Below, piece by piece: positions 12,984 to 26,034 of a stretch of DNA of 64,000 nt. Each line of letters begins with the position of its first letter. Positions within the stretch are counted from its first letter, which is position 1. A program made the translations under genes and the position numbers. Origin of the DNA: Octopus vulgaris (taxonomy: Eukaryota). Location of the stretch: contig OX597831.1 of NCBI GenBank assembly GCA_951406725.2, forward strand, positions 82,460,001-82,524,000. Direction: 5' to 3'. The notes beneath the pieces were generated by a model, which was not told the DNA's origin, searched no databases, and saw only the letters and a list, made by a program, of their open reading frames with translations.

Positions 12984-14317
12984 CTGCAAGTTTTATGTCA
13001 GAATAACTTTCCCTTGGAAGAGATGCCTTCCCCATGGCTTTCTGAAAAATATCATGAGCCTCCTCTGCCCCTGGGGAAATTCATTTAACCTATAGATGGG
13101 ACTCTGACAGATACTATCATCCCACGTCAGAATGGATCTGGGAATAATGGTAAATAAGGGCTGACTCCACATTCTTCACAGCTCCAGCTGGAACCTCATT
13201 ACTGGATGCCGTTTAATGTCATATATATATATATATATATCATGCTGTGTTGTGGTTGAATTACCGATAATAGCCATCCAGGGGCAATGCTTTTACAGGT
13301 TTAGTTAACTGTAATAAGTCTTGCAGTTATTTTATCAATCTTTCTATTTGTTGGACAGCTAAGTTACAGGATATAAAGGCACACAACATAAACCCCTATT
13401 TTTTTGGGAGGTGGTGAATCAGATGCCTCTCACAAGGGTTTAGTCAACATGAGGCTACAGCAGGAGCCATGTTCCAAATGTTGCATAGAGAAATCTAACC
13501 AGGAAGCACATTGTTGCAAAGTGAACCACATTGTTAGCACAGAATCACGTCTGCTGTCGATTGAAAACTCAGTCCGTTTGCTTGTATTTATAATTTATTG
13601 CATATATCTTGGAATTCTCTAGAATATTGTTAAGAATTGAAGCATTTGTAGCAAGATATAAATGGCAATATTTCCCAGAAAAATTAATAAGTCATGAAGG
13701 AGAATGGCAATGGCAGATCTGTGTAGGATTAACATCTAATGTCACCAACTAATTACATTTCCATATCTTCTCAACACAGAATCACCATTTTCTCTTGCTG
13801 TTTCTGATAATAAAACCTCTTTGGAGAATGGCTTCCATGAAATAGGAATCAAACAGAAGTCAGCCACACACACACACACATAATGTACTTGGGTTTGAAT
13901 ATATGTCCACTTGCATGTATACGTGAGTGTCGCATCGTGCCATAAACAAGTAACTGGATCCAGTTAGAGAGTGCACTTGCAATGCGTCTGCATTGCAGGC
14001 ACACTCACAAAAATACATGCATGCACACACACACACACACACATGTATGCACACACACACACCATGCACACATCTGTGTCGTAATTCAATCCAATTTACA
14101 TCATTGGTTGTATTTATTTCACCATAACATGACATTTGTGTATATGTCAATGAAACTTGACCCCTTGACCACAGCTCGTTGGTCAGTTGGCTGACAAAAG
14201 AGCCAACATCCTTCCTTGTAATCACAACTTTTAATTGATAATCTCTGTTTAAACGAACAGCAGGGTGAAGTGGACGGAAGATATTGCAGACATTTTTCTC
14301 TTTCTCTTCTTCCCATT

Positions 14318-14331
14318 GTTGCTATGACAAC
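14318..14331. promoter_or_regulatory. RFX X-box motif GTTGCTATGACAAC
   Basis: Consensus match in apparently non-repetitive sequence. Confidence 0.4.
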
Positions 14332-14470
14332 AGATGTATCTTTATTTCAAGCCATCTCTCTTGTTTTAATTATCATTTTTACAGATAATTTATAAATCAT
14401 AATGAAACTAGAGTCTGGTACATTTGTTAAAATATGTATCGACTGCTAAACAAAATATATGTTTTTACAA

Positions 14471-14515
<45 letters not shown>

Positions 14516-14790
14516 CAGTTATTATGTCTGCTTTCTTCCATGTTGAAGAGAATGTTGATTTAGACTTCTTGGGGCAATATTATATGGTTGGATACCCTAC
14601 TTGATGGTGACCCTTGTTTTCAAGTAACACAAGGCACTTTATTCCACTGGAATCTGCACAATGTAAGCGTGTCACCACTGCACAAGTAGTATCAATGTGA
14701 ACTCTCACACACACTTTTGTCCATGTGTGCATACATATATATCAGCATTTAATAGTCACTTTCCTATGCATGCATGGGTTGGACTATATC

Positions 14791-14862
<72 letters not shown>

Positions 14863-14875
14863 TGTATGTATGTAT

Positions 14876-15219
14876 AGCGCCGCCTCAACTGGTTTCTGTG
14901 CCGGTGGCACATAAAAAGCACCATCCGAACGTGGCCGATGCCAGCGCCGCCTTGGCTGGCTTCCGTGCCGGTGGCACATTAAAAGCACCAACCGATCGTG
15001 GCCGATGCCAGACCCCCCTGGCACCTGTGCAGGTGGCACGTAAAAAGCACCCACTACACTCGCAGAGTGGTTGGCGTTAGGAAGGGCATCCAGCTGTAGA
15101 AACACTGCCAGATCAGACTGGAGCCTGGTGCAGCCCCTGGCTTCCCAGACCCCGGTCGAACCGTCCAACCTGTGCTAGCACGGAAAACGGACGTTAAACG
15201 ATGATGATGATGATGATGA

Positions 15220-15223
<4 letters not shown>
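14876..15223 (+). mobile_element. Young RTE LINE 3'-end copy with three hairpin modules
   Basis: CpG-rich; GTGCCGGTGGCAC-type units at 14898, 14965 and 15027; (GAT)n tail. Confidence 0.9.
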
Positions 15224-15274
<51 letters not shown>

Positions 15275-15692
15275 AAACAGCAATTGGAAGGCAGACACAA
15301 ACAGGTAGTGTCTGCCTTCCATGCTGTTTTACTGAGATCTCCTTTTAGTAGAGAAATAGCTATAACTCTTTGACTGCTATTTCTAATTGATGGTAAGCAT
15401 GAAACCCTTTATTCTTAGTATTACTTAAATTTTCCTCGAATGAGGCTTTTACATGCCGAAGACTACTGGTGTAATTGATAATTATTCCAAATTAATTAAT
15501 TTCACCCTTCATTATTACGGATATATATATACATATATATATACATATATATATATATATGTATGTATATATATATATGTGTATGTATATATATATATAT
15601 GTATGTATGTGTATATATATATATATATGTGTATATATATATATATATATATTATTTATGTATGTATATATGTATATATATGTATGTATGTA

Positions 15693-15830
15693 TGTATCAA
15701 TTCTGTACAAGACATTGTAGATCTTTGGCTGGGCTAAAAAGTCACATTCGATCACAGCACCAGTAACAGTTAAGCTTCGTGCAATGGCCATACTCGATAA
15801 CGAGGGGGAAGCCATAATAATGTATGTATA
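15693..15830 (+). mobile_element. Extreme 3' end of an RTE-type LINE (terminal zinc-finger remnant)
   Basis: [22 protein letters not shown] parallels CGTCQRECLSRIGLHSHSRKC of the neighbouring RTE, followed by a short UTR and simple tail. Confidence 0.6.
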
Positions 15831-15834
15831 ATTA

Positions 15835-15990
15835 GAATTTACAAAAAAGAAAAAAAAAAACGAAGACAGGTGTGTAAACAACAAACAGGTGTATTGTTTA
15901 ATGCTTGGGAAGGTGAGAAAGTCTTTTACGTTTTGAGCCTACGCTCTTCAACAGAAAGGAACATGAGAAAATAAACAGGAAGAGAATGAA
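15835..15990 (-). mobile_element. Penelope-like element terminal remnant
   Basis: Minus strand CTGTTGAAGAGCGTAGGCTCAAAACGTA resembles the CTGANGAA-stem-GAAACGT signature of Penelope pseudo-LTRs. Confidence 0.5.
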
Positions 15991-16002
15991 AAAGCTTACC
16001 CC

Positions 16003-16935
16003 AGTCTGTTTTGAGCAAGTATGTAACAACTTTGGCTTAGTTATCAGCCTCAAGAAGACCAACATCATGGGTCAGGCTACATTGGACATCTCAAACATAC
16101 ATATTGGAGACCAGGGAGGTGGAGAAGTTTACCTATCTTGGCTCTACCATCACCTACAACCTATCCCTTGATGCTGAGCTCAATATACGCATTGGCGAGG
16201 CAGCTTCTGTGATGGCCCAACTCTCCAAACGGGCATGGGACAACAATAAGCTGACCAAGACCACAAAAATGAAGATTTACCAGGCATGTGTACTTAGCAC
16301 TCTACTGTATGGAAGTGAGACTTGAACGCTATACACACGCCAAGAGCGTCGCCTAAATATCTTTCACCTGCACTGTCTCCGGAAAATCCTTTGCATCAAA
16401 TGGCAGAATCATATCCCCAACAAAGATGTCCTCAGGCAAGCAGGAATACCAAGCATGTTTGCACTCCTCACACAAAGATGTATGAGATGGCTTGGATATG
16501 TTAGCCGTATGGAAGATGGCAGAATCCCTAAGGACATACTCTACGGAGAGCTTGCTAGGGGCACTAGGTCTGTGGGAAGACTGTTCTTACGATACAAGGA
16601 TGTTTGCAAAAGGGACATGAAGGCCTGCAACATGAATATTAGTGGTTGGGAGGCAGTTGCCAGCAACCGTGGAGATTGGCGACGTACCATAAAAGAGGGA
16701 ACACAAAGGAGTGACATAGAGGGAGAGGAGAAATGGAAAGACAAGAAAAGACGTCAACAAGAAACTATGACATTACAACCAGCCAGGCAAAGTCTTCGCT
16801 ACATTTGTGGCACCTGCCAGAGGGAGTGTTTGTCCAGGATAGGACTACACAGCCACAGCAGGAAATGTAAAAGCCGGACTAGATTATTTTATGTGCAACT
16901 CCATTGTCTCCCAAGACAAAAAGGATGCCAACAAT
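16003..16935 (+). mobile_element. 5'-truncated RTE (BovB-like) LINE, disrupted RT C-terminus and zinc finger
   Basis: FGLVISLKKT, VEKFTYLGS, IYQACVLSTLLYGSET*, RWLGYVSRMEDGRIPKDILYGEL, CGTCQRECLSRIGLHSH; a frameshift and an in-frame stop. Confidence 0.93.
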
Positions 16936-18169
16936 ATATACATATATATATATATGCAAAAATACATAATAACAGCTAATTGTAAAGCTCTCATCTTCCT
17001 CATTTATTTGTTTTCTTTTTAGCAAGATGCGCACAGAATATTGAGTTGTTAAAAAAATATAAAGCAACAAAAATCCATAACAATATTAACTTTTACATAT
17101 CGACATTTCGTAAGTATCAGACTCTTGTATTAAACAGTGAAATATGATTAAGTTAATAGTGTGTGTGTGTTACTGGAATTAATTCTTGACTTAGCTTAAA
17201 ACATCAGGTTTTATGTAAATTTATCTGTTTTGCAAATGTTATGAATAATTCACATTGAGATTCTTAGAAGGAAAAGAATTAAATAGGAGGATTATTGAAG
17301 ATATGAATTATAAAAAACATATTTTTTAAGATATTAAAATTAAATGATAATAATATTAATGATGTCATACTGATAGTGCTGCTTTAAAGAATTATCACAA
17401 TATAAGTGTTACGAATTGGTAGAGAAAAAAGTGTCTGGTAGAAGTAAGAGAAAGCAGAATTGGCAGTATGTTGTTAGAAGAGCAGACTATTTGAAGAAAT
17501 CTAAGAAGTGAAATGGTGGGTTCTTAAGGAAAGTTGGTCATTAAATACAGTGAGCTGCAAGGTCTGTTGACTGTTTCATATTGATTTCTGATATTAGCAG
17601 AAGACTCTACACATATGGGGAGGGGGGGAAGCAGGAACTGGTCGATGAAATCAATTGCTGTATATTATTACTGACCCTTGAGAAATGAAAGACAAAGAAA
17701 ACTCTGGCAGAATTTGAACCCAGAATGTAAAAAAAGTGGGAAAATATTGTAATTCTGTGAAGATCTTTATTGATAGTCTGCTGGATCAAGACTGATCTGG
17801 GATTAAACAAGAGCAAATGATAGAAGAATCTAGTAGGAAAGCTTGTACATGGTCAGTCAACTTGTAAAAAATAGCAGCTGAGCCTCCATTAAATGAAACC
17901 CTGTCGTCTTGATATGAAATGTTTGAAAGATGAACAAGATGGTCATGTTTGGAATACTTTTGATCATGTGTTAAGAGTGACTTGGGGTGGGGTGTGCTAA
18001 ACAACAAGACCTAATTCTAAATATAACCGGAAGTTTTGTTAGGTTGTCTTCTCATGACCAGAGACAGTAACATATATGAACGCATTCTGTGTCTGTTGAG
18101 AAGAAGAAATGTTTTCAAATCCACTTCAAAGCGATACACACAAGAAACTCAGAGTAGCCTCACAGACAC

Positions 18170-18585
18170 ATCATCATCATCATCATCATCGTTTAACGTC
18201 CGTTTTCCATACTAGCACGAGTTGGATGGTTCGACCGGGATCTGGGAAGCCAGGAGGCTGCACCAGGCTCCAGTCTGATCTGGCAGTGTTTCTACAGCTG
18301 GATGCCCTTCCTAACGCCAACCACTCCGGGAGTGTAGTGAGTGCTTTTTACATGCCACCGGCACAGGTGCCAGGGGAGGCTGGCAACAGCCACAATCGGT
18401 TGGTGCTTTTTACATGCTACCGGCACAGAAGCCAGTCAAGGCGGCACTGGCATTGGCTATGTACGGATGGTGCTTTTAACATGCCACCAGCACAGGTGCC
18501 AGGGGAGGCTGGCAATGGCCACAATCGGTTGGTGGTTTCTATGTGCCACTTGCACGGAAGCCAGTCAAGGCAGTGCGGGCATCAA
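18170..18585 (-). mobile_element. RTE LINE 3'-end copy with four tandem modules
   Basis: Reverse complement of the family 3' end; a ~130-bp two-module unit occurs twice. Confidence 0.9.
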
Positions 18586-20208
18586 CCTAACAAAACTGAT
18601 TATGCGGAATATTTCAGAGACACATTTCACAGTTATTTTAATAACAAACTCAGAAAAAACGTAGCCATCTTTCAATCTTCGCTGTTTTCATCATGAACCA
18701 GTTTGATAACATTCAAAGAGACAATAACAGGTTTATTAATGAACAAAGTGTCAGAACATCCACAATAAAAGATATGAAGAGAACACCTCAGAAGTTTCTT
18801 ATTCTCTTCTCACTACAAAGACAAGACTAAATCTTCAAGACTTCGTTTTCTTATTAACACATCATACTGAAAGGTGGTTGCTTAAATCTTACTTACAGAT
18901 TATCTTACGACAAATCAATGTAGAAATGGACACAGCATGCTTTCTGTTTAAAGACACTTTTATAGACAATTCTTTACAACTGAATAAACTTGAGAAGAAA
19001 TTTACTAATTTACTTTGGGAATTAACTGCGTATTCCTTCACTATAGCTTTCTAGTTTTCAAGAACCACTTAAGAATAGAATGGAATAGAATGGAATAGAA
19101 TGGCAGATTCTATGAGATTTAGCACAAAATGTTGTATATAGTGGCTGAGTTTGAAATTCTGAAGGTCCGGAACAAAAGATGGTATTTGGTTAACTGATGG
19201 TTCAATGAGAAATTATCAACAACGACAATAAATACCAAAATGGCTTCAATCAGTTTACCATTTATATACCATTGAAGAATGGTCGATGAAATATGAATGT
19301 GAAAACTGAATTGGGTAATTTCTTACAAATCCTGTGATAGTGGACTAAATAATAATAATAATAATAAATCTCGACTGATTTATTGAAAACACACACATAT
19401 ACTCTCTCTCTCTCCAAATCTCAGCTAAAAAACCTAAAATCTAAACTGAAGTACACAAACTATTATTCCATAATGTAGACAAAATATGACACTTATCATT
19501 ATCGCAATTGTTATTGGCATTATCAAATCTCTGAAGATGAAGACTGTATTTTCTCTCACTACATTCCAATAAAAGGAAAAGCCAAAATAATTGTCTTCAT
19601 TTCTTCATTAAGCGTCCTCTCACAACAGTTGGATGTCACAGAATAAACAGAGAGGTTGTGTTGTGTTTCCATAGCTGCCTGAATAGAAGACACTGCAAGT
19701 GTGAGGTGTCGAGCATTTTAATCACTGCAGCAAGACACGAGAAGTAGAAGTATTTCATAGAATTGTTTGGGAGTGAAGAGCCATGAAATGTCCACCGGTG
19801 CCAATCAAAGTAGATTCTAACATCAATGATACAAGTTTTATAGAAATTTCTTTTGTTTTTTTTTTTCTCCATCATCTTCTTTTTAGATAAGACTTCACAG
19901 ACAACCCTTTCACCACACAGCACTTTTTAGATAAGACATCTTATTAAGCATGAAACAAATTAATAATAATAATAATAATCGATCATATGCTGGGATAAGT
20001 CAATATTCAGAAACGGAGAAATCAAGGTGAAGTGACTAAATTTTATCGTCAAGGGCAACCAGGAAACAATCAGTGCCAAAAGATCAAACTGAATTTCTTA
20101 AAGAAATGGAGAAATTATTCAAAAATATACAAATCTGGAAATAAAGACAAACTGAATATGCGAGGGGAAAACAGAAATATAAGTGGTAATAATTTGTGAT
20201 TTGGGAAA

Positions 20209-20600
20209 TCTCTCACTCTATAAAACTGAAGTTGTCTGTGTGTGGCAAGTTTGGTAGCCTTCATCTAACACCATCTCCTCCAAGACACTACAGCGTAAGT
20301 TGACCAAAATTGAGAGTATAATAGAAGAAGGCTTGCTCTTCCTTCCGTAGCAAAACAAATTCAAATCGGACCATGTTAACACCAAAAATTATTTACATCA
20401 AAAAGGTGCTTTTTTTCTCTGAAAATCCTTATTTTTTACGATTTTTTGACTGCTGTGTCGCCATTTTTTGGTGTATTTCAACCAGAAAAATGTTCACTTA
20501 AAGAGAATAATAAGCTACATAATGCAAAATTTTTACTTTTCAAAAATTCCAATTCTAAAGGGTCGAAACAAACCCGAGCAACGCAGGGCGATACTGCTAG
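20209..20600 (+). mobile_element. Non-autonomous Helitron (392 bp)
   Basis: 5' TC after A, 3' CTAG before T, subterminal GC-rich hairpin-like CCCGAGCAACGCAGGG (20573-20588), no TSD. Confidence 0.8.
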
Positions 20601-22964
20601 TATTTTACTAAAAACATTGCAATACATAACCAAGAGCAATGCTCGACTAAAGAGTACCTTGGGGATTATACAACACAGAGAAATAATACCACTAGGTACT
20701 ACTTGTATATATATTACATATATATATATATTACATATATAAACACCAGAACTTATATAAATACCATAGAGACAATGGCACTACTCTACGTACACACACA
20801 CATGTAGAGTACTCAATACAAGACAATCAAACTAAAACACTGCACACAGCTGTATTCTGTTGTTGTTGTGTAGTGAAAGCATGAGACTGCAATGATGATG
20901 ATGATGATGATGATGATTTCTTTTATTGCAGAATGTTGGCCAATATCTGCTAGCTTATAGCTGAAGTAGAATATAATCTGGGATAATTGTTCATACAAGA
21001 GTGACACCCACGTCCATACACACACACATACACACATATATACGCTCACACATATATACGCTCACACATACATACTCAATGAATGTCAACTGATAAAGTT
21101 CTGAAAGGAGGGATGATGAGGAAATCTTAAGACTATGATCAAATACTGGAGAAGAAACAATATTTTTGACTGGAAGAATATACAACAATAGTTGTGAATA
21201 TAACTATGTTCATATCTATATGCATATTCAATATGAATGGTTATATGTTTATGCACACATATCAGTATGTGTGTGTGTGTGTGTGCACAAGTTTTTACAC
21301 ATACATGCATAGATGTGTGTATATAACTGTTAGATATTAGTAGACACTGCAAATACACACAAAATCACATGTATAGTCCATTGACATACAAAGACAGATA
21401 TAGTGCATGTGTGTGTAATTAATGTACTAAATTGAAACAGTTTACCATCACCTGGTTTACCTGGTTATATCTAGCTCCAACCCATGCTAGCATGGAAAGC
21501 AGATGTTAAACGATGATGATCTACAAATGTGATTTGGCTAAAACTGTAGATATTTCAATATTATGTGAAAGGAATTTAGCCAAATCACACTACAGTCTTC
21601 ATAACACATATTCCATGAATGTTTTCTAGACTTTATGTTTCTAGTTATGCTTCTAGAACTGCAGAATCAATATTATCTGCTATATTATTACTTTGACAAT
21701 ATTAGAAGTTAGGTAATTTGTTAAATCTTCATTAAAATATTAATTATTTTTGCTTTATTGTAATTAAAACCATTGAAAAAGTGGTATTAAACATTTTAGT
21801 CATAGATGTGAAGTTTACAAGTTTGCTTTACAACCACCTGTTCCTGTATTCGATCTTTCTCAATGTGTGGCAGCCTTCAGTTTATAGAGCCTCACACCAA
21901 CTACTGACTTGACATGGTGGATTTGATGGGCAGAAATCGTATAGATGCCTCTCTCCCTCTCTCACGCACACACTAACATACACATGCACAGATACAGGTT
22001 AAGACAGAGGGAGATGGAGAAAAGAGAGAGAAATATGACAGATCATTATTTACTCTGGTTTAAAATCCAGTGTTGTTAATTTTGTCACTTTATATCTTGT
22101 AACTTCCATTCAGAGATGGAGGTGGAACTGATAATCAGTGGGATCAATTTGATCGACTAAAACCATGGTGCTCCAACTTGGCCATCACCAGAGATTGAAA
22201 CCAGTTAAAAGAAAGAACTAATGTTATAGAGGTAAATGCCTCGATAGAGGTTGGAGGAGAGAATGTTTCAAAAGCTATGGGCATTGACCTTCTGATTGAG
22301 ATAAATTTGAACGAATGTTTAATAAATTAATTTAAAATTTAAATTAATGCTCCTGGCAGTTTTAGAGACTTATTAAGGATTTCAAAAAGATTTTCATACT
22401 GTTGCAAGAACATTAAATACAAAATATTTCGCAAAAAAAATTTAAAGTATTTAATTAAATATAAAATTCCTCAATAAGTTTGATGTAAAAAAAAAAAAAC
22501 ATTTAAAAATATTTTTACATCATCTTGGTTAGATTTCTTTGTCTTTCATTAGGAAAAAAATCCTATAATGAAGTTCTGGCTTGGCTTCAGATTGGCAATA
22601 TTCCAGTGGAACTATTTTATCTCAGCTGCTCATTTCTGAGATTAATCTATTCCAACAGCAATATGTTGTATGAAGAATTTCTGCAACATAAAGTCGGATG
22701 CAACGTGGAAGATTGATCTCTGTCAATGATTGCAGCAAGGGGAAAATGGTTCCTGATTGAATTCCTATAAAAGAACAGCCAGGATGCTTCCAGAAAATAA
22801 TTTGGAAGTCATGGAACAACAAAGTAGAAGGTGATGAACATTACTGGAATTTCAAGTCACTCATTTAAAAGTGTTTAGAAACCCCCCAAAAAATTACCTA
22901 TTTCCGATATATTTATTGAAATAAACTGTGAGAAAAGAAATAATAATAATAATAATAATAATAA

Positions 22965-23356
22965 TCTTTTCTACTATAGGCACAAGGCCTGAAATTGTGT
23001 GGTGAGGGGGACAATTGATCACATTGACCCCCAGTACTTGACTAGTTCTTAATTTATCAACCCCGAAAGGACAAAATGCAAAGTCGACCTTGGCAAAATT
23101 TGAACTCAGAACATAGCAACAGACGAAATACCTATTTCTTTACTACCCACAAGGGGCTAAACACAGAGGGGACAAACAAGGACAGACAAACGGATTAAGT
23201 CGATTACATCGACCCCAGTGCGTAACTGGTACTTAATTTATCGACCCCGAAAGGATGAAAGGCAAAGTCGACCTCGGCGGAATTTGAACTCACAATGTAA
23301 CGCAGACGTTAAGCATTTCGCCTGGCGTGCTAACGGTTCTGCCAGCTCACTGCCTT
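22965..23356 (-). mobile_element. Tandem pair of tRNA-derived SINE family B copies (two 3'-tail variants)
   Basis: Core GACCCCGAAAGGATGAAAGGCAAAGTCGACCTCGGCGGAATTTGAACTC occurs twice; B-box-like GTTCAAATTCC on the minus strand. Confidence 0.85.
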
Positions 23357-23404
23357 CATACTACTACTACTACTACTACTACTACTATTAATAATAATAA
23401 TAAT

Positions 23405-23602
23405 AACCCTTTCTTATAAAGGCACAAGGCCTGAAATTGAGGGGAGGGGGATGAGTCGATTACATAGACCCCAGAGTTCAGCTGGTACTTATTTTATTGA
23501 CCCCGAAAAGATGGATGGCAAAGTTGATCTTGGAGGAATTTGAACTCAGAATGTAAAGATAGAGGGAATATTACTAAGCATTTTGCCCAGCCAGCTCATC
23601 AC
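23405..23602 (-). mobile_element. SINE family B copy
   Basis: Same core, flanked by (AAT)n. Confidence 0.8.
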
Positions 23603-23603
23603 C

Positions 23604-23668
<65 letters not shown>

Positions 23669-23748
23669 TATTATTATTATTATTATTATTATTGTTATTA
23701 TTATTGTTATTATTATTGTTATTATTGTTGTTGTTGTTGTTATTGTTA

Positions 23749-23780
<32 letters not shown>

Positions 23781-24315
23781 GTTATAAAATAATTATAATA
23801 AAGTTGTCAGGAAAGAAAATATGTTAGAATCGTGAAAGTAAATTTTATGAATGAGTTCACGGCAGATATGTCATATTTCACTGAAAGCAAGTTGTGAGAA
23901 AATTAACAAATGAAGTCACGTGACAAGAAAATCATAAATTTTGTGGAAGAAACTATTTCCTAGAATTGTGCTTTTCAATAATATTATATAACTTCAAGTG
24001 AAGTTTTATGGGAATTTCCAGCATTTTAATGAGCTACGACTCTAAGTATATTAGGAGTATATAATTCATTTCCTACAACAATACCATGTACTTTAATCTT
24101 GGCAAAGACACCTCACAAACACTGACCTAAACTGTCTAAAAATAGAATAGATGAGAGATCAACGATGTAGTAGAAGGAAGTGGGAGCATAGTATAGTTAA
24201 TGAGAGTTCTGGTATGTTAGAAGGAAAATGGGAAGTCACTTTGTTCATTCTTAGAACCAGTTCTCTGATGTGAGATAAACCTGTTGGCAATAGATCTTCC
24301 CACAGGAAACTCATC

Positions 24316-24355
<40 letters not shown>

Positions 24356-24379
24356 TACTTAGAGATTGTGACAACAATA

Positions 24380-24393
24380 GTTTCTATGGCAAC
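24380..24393. promoter_or_regulatory. RFX X-box motif GTTTCTATGGCAAC (near-match CTTTCTATGATAAC at 24407-24420)
   Basis: Consensus match with an adjacent second site. Confidence 0.4.
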
Positions 24394-24814
24394 TATGACT
24401 GCAATACTTTCTATGATAACCATTTTCTTAACAGTAAATCATTTCCAAGAATAAAAAAGAAAATATTTTCATACATTACAGTCTACCTGTGTTTGTCTAT
24501 CTACCTACCTGTCTGCCTGTCTGTCTATCTACCTATCTGTCTGTCTCTCTATCTACCTATGTGTCTGTCTGTCGATCTACCTGTCTGTCTACCTATCTAC
24601 CTACCTATCTACCTACCTGTCTATCTCTCTATCTGTGTGTGCTGAATGATACATTAAGGAGCTTTCTTTGAGTTCTGCTGGATTACCTGAATCCATATAT
24701 TGTAACTTATATAAATACACACCCATATACATATATATATTGTGATTTGTATATATATATATATATTATACACACACACACACACACACACACACGTGTA
24801 CATATATACATGTA

Positions 24815-25408
24815 AATGTTGAATGATGAAAATGGGTGCTGATTTCTAACAGTGGATGGAAGCTGTGGAAGAAGGGTACCCAGGAAAACATGGGATGAGG
24901 TGGGTACCAGGAAAACATGGGATGAGCATGATCTTCAAGCATTGGGCCTCACAGAGGTAATGACTAGTCACCGAGACCCTTGGCTATATGCAGTGCTTAA
25001 GAAAACCCATCAAGCCAGGTGAAATTATAGTTGTGGCCATTGTCGTGTAACTAGCACCCATGCTGGTGACACGTGGAAAGCACCTTTCGAATGTTGGGCC
25101 TCACAGAGGCAATGGAAGATGAGCAAGACTTTTGGCAATATGCTATACTTGAGAGGAAGACCCAACAAGCCAAGTGAAATCATAGTTGTGGTAGATTCTT
25201 GTCATGCATCAGGCAGCCATGCTGGTGGCACACAAAAGCACTCGTTACACTCTTGGAGTGGTTGGTGTTAAGAAGGGCATCCAGCTGTAGAGACTATGCT
25301 AAATCAGACTGGAATCTGGTGTAGCCCCTCAGCTTACCAGTCCTGGTCAAACCGTCCAACCCATGCCAGCATGGAAAATGAATGTTAAATAATGATGATG
25401 ATGATGAT
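24815..25408 (+). mobile_element. RTE LINE fragment (ORF2 end plus 3' UTR)
   Basis: Decayed GRxPRKTWDE-like coding remnant, then the family 3' end and (GAT)n. Confidence 0.85.
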
Positions 25409-26034
25409 ATATTTTTATAACTTTCCTATTTCATACTCCATACTTTCAGCTATTGTTAGTTAACGTGTTTTACAGTTCATTTATATTAGATACCAGCATC
25501 CAATTACATCACTGATGTTGATGTTGTACTTAAATTTTGGCTGACCCTAATTAGTTTAATCTCTGCTAAATCTTCATACTCATGCTATAACTTTAAACAG
25601 ACTAGTGTTTCCCTGACCATTCATTTTCGGTTTAGTCCACTTCTTAAACAGCATTTTTTTATAATGTTTATAATTTATAATTTTTTAATATTTCGTAATT
25701 TTTTCAATATTTCACTTGCTTCTCTTTATAATTTCTTGATCAAATTTTAAATCTTTAAAGTTTTAATTTTTAAATGTAATATTCAACCCTAATTCCATTT
25801 TAACTTCATGACTTATCTACTCTTCCACTTTTAGCAACATACTGCATAACTAATTTTATTTTATTTTCGTTGATTCTGGACTCTTAATCTTAATTAAGTT
25901 AACATTTTAATTTTTTTAATTTTTGAGCATAATACAACATATATATTTACCTTAATCACTTTCACCTTGTCTCCTTCATAGGGATGTTATTTATGAATCA
26001 CTAAGAATTAACTTTCAATCTATACACATTACTT

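Noticed and set aside
14271-14292. miR-184-like seed; also miR-745-like at 19673 and miR-33-like at 13980
   Set aside because: Matches are limited to the seed or a short stretch, with no pre-miRNA-sized hairpin.
14898-15051. CRISPR-like array (25-bp hairpin repeats with 37-42-bp spacers)
   Set aside because: The spacers are homologous to each other and recur in other copies, the array is part of a LINE 3' UTR, the context is eukaryotic and there are no cas genes.
16455-16979. 174-aa ORF as a host zinc-finger gene
   Set aside because: It is the tail of a disrupted RTE ORF2.
18109-18696. 195-aa ORF and its look-alikes at 274-624 and 14764-15168
   Set aside because: Antisense readings of the RTE 3' UTR repeat.
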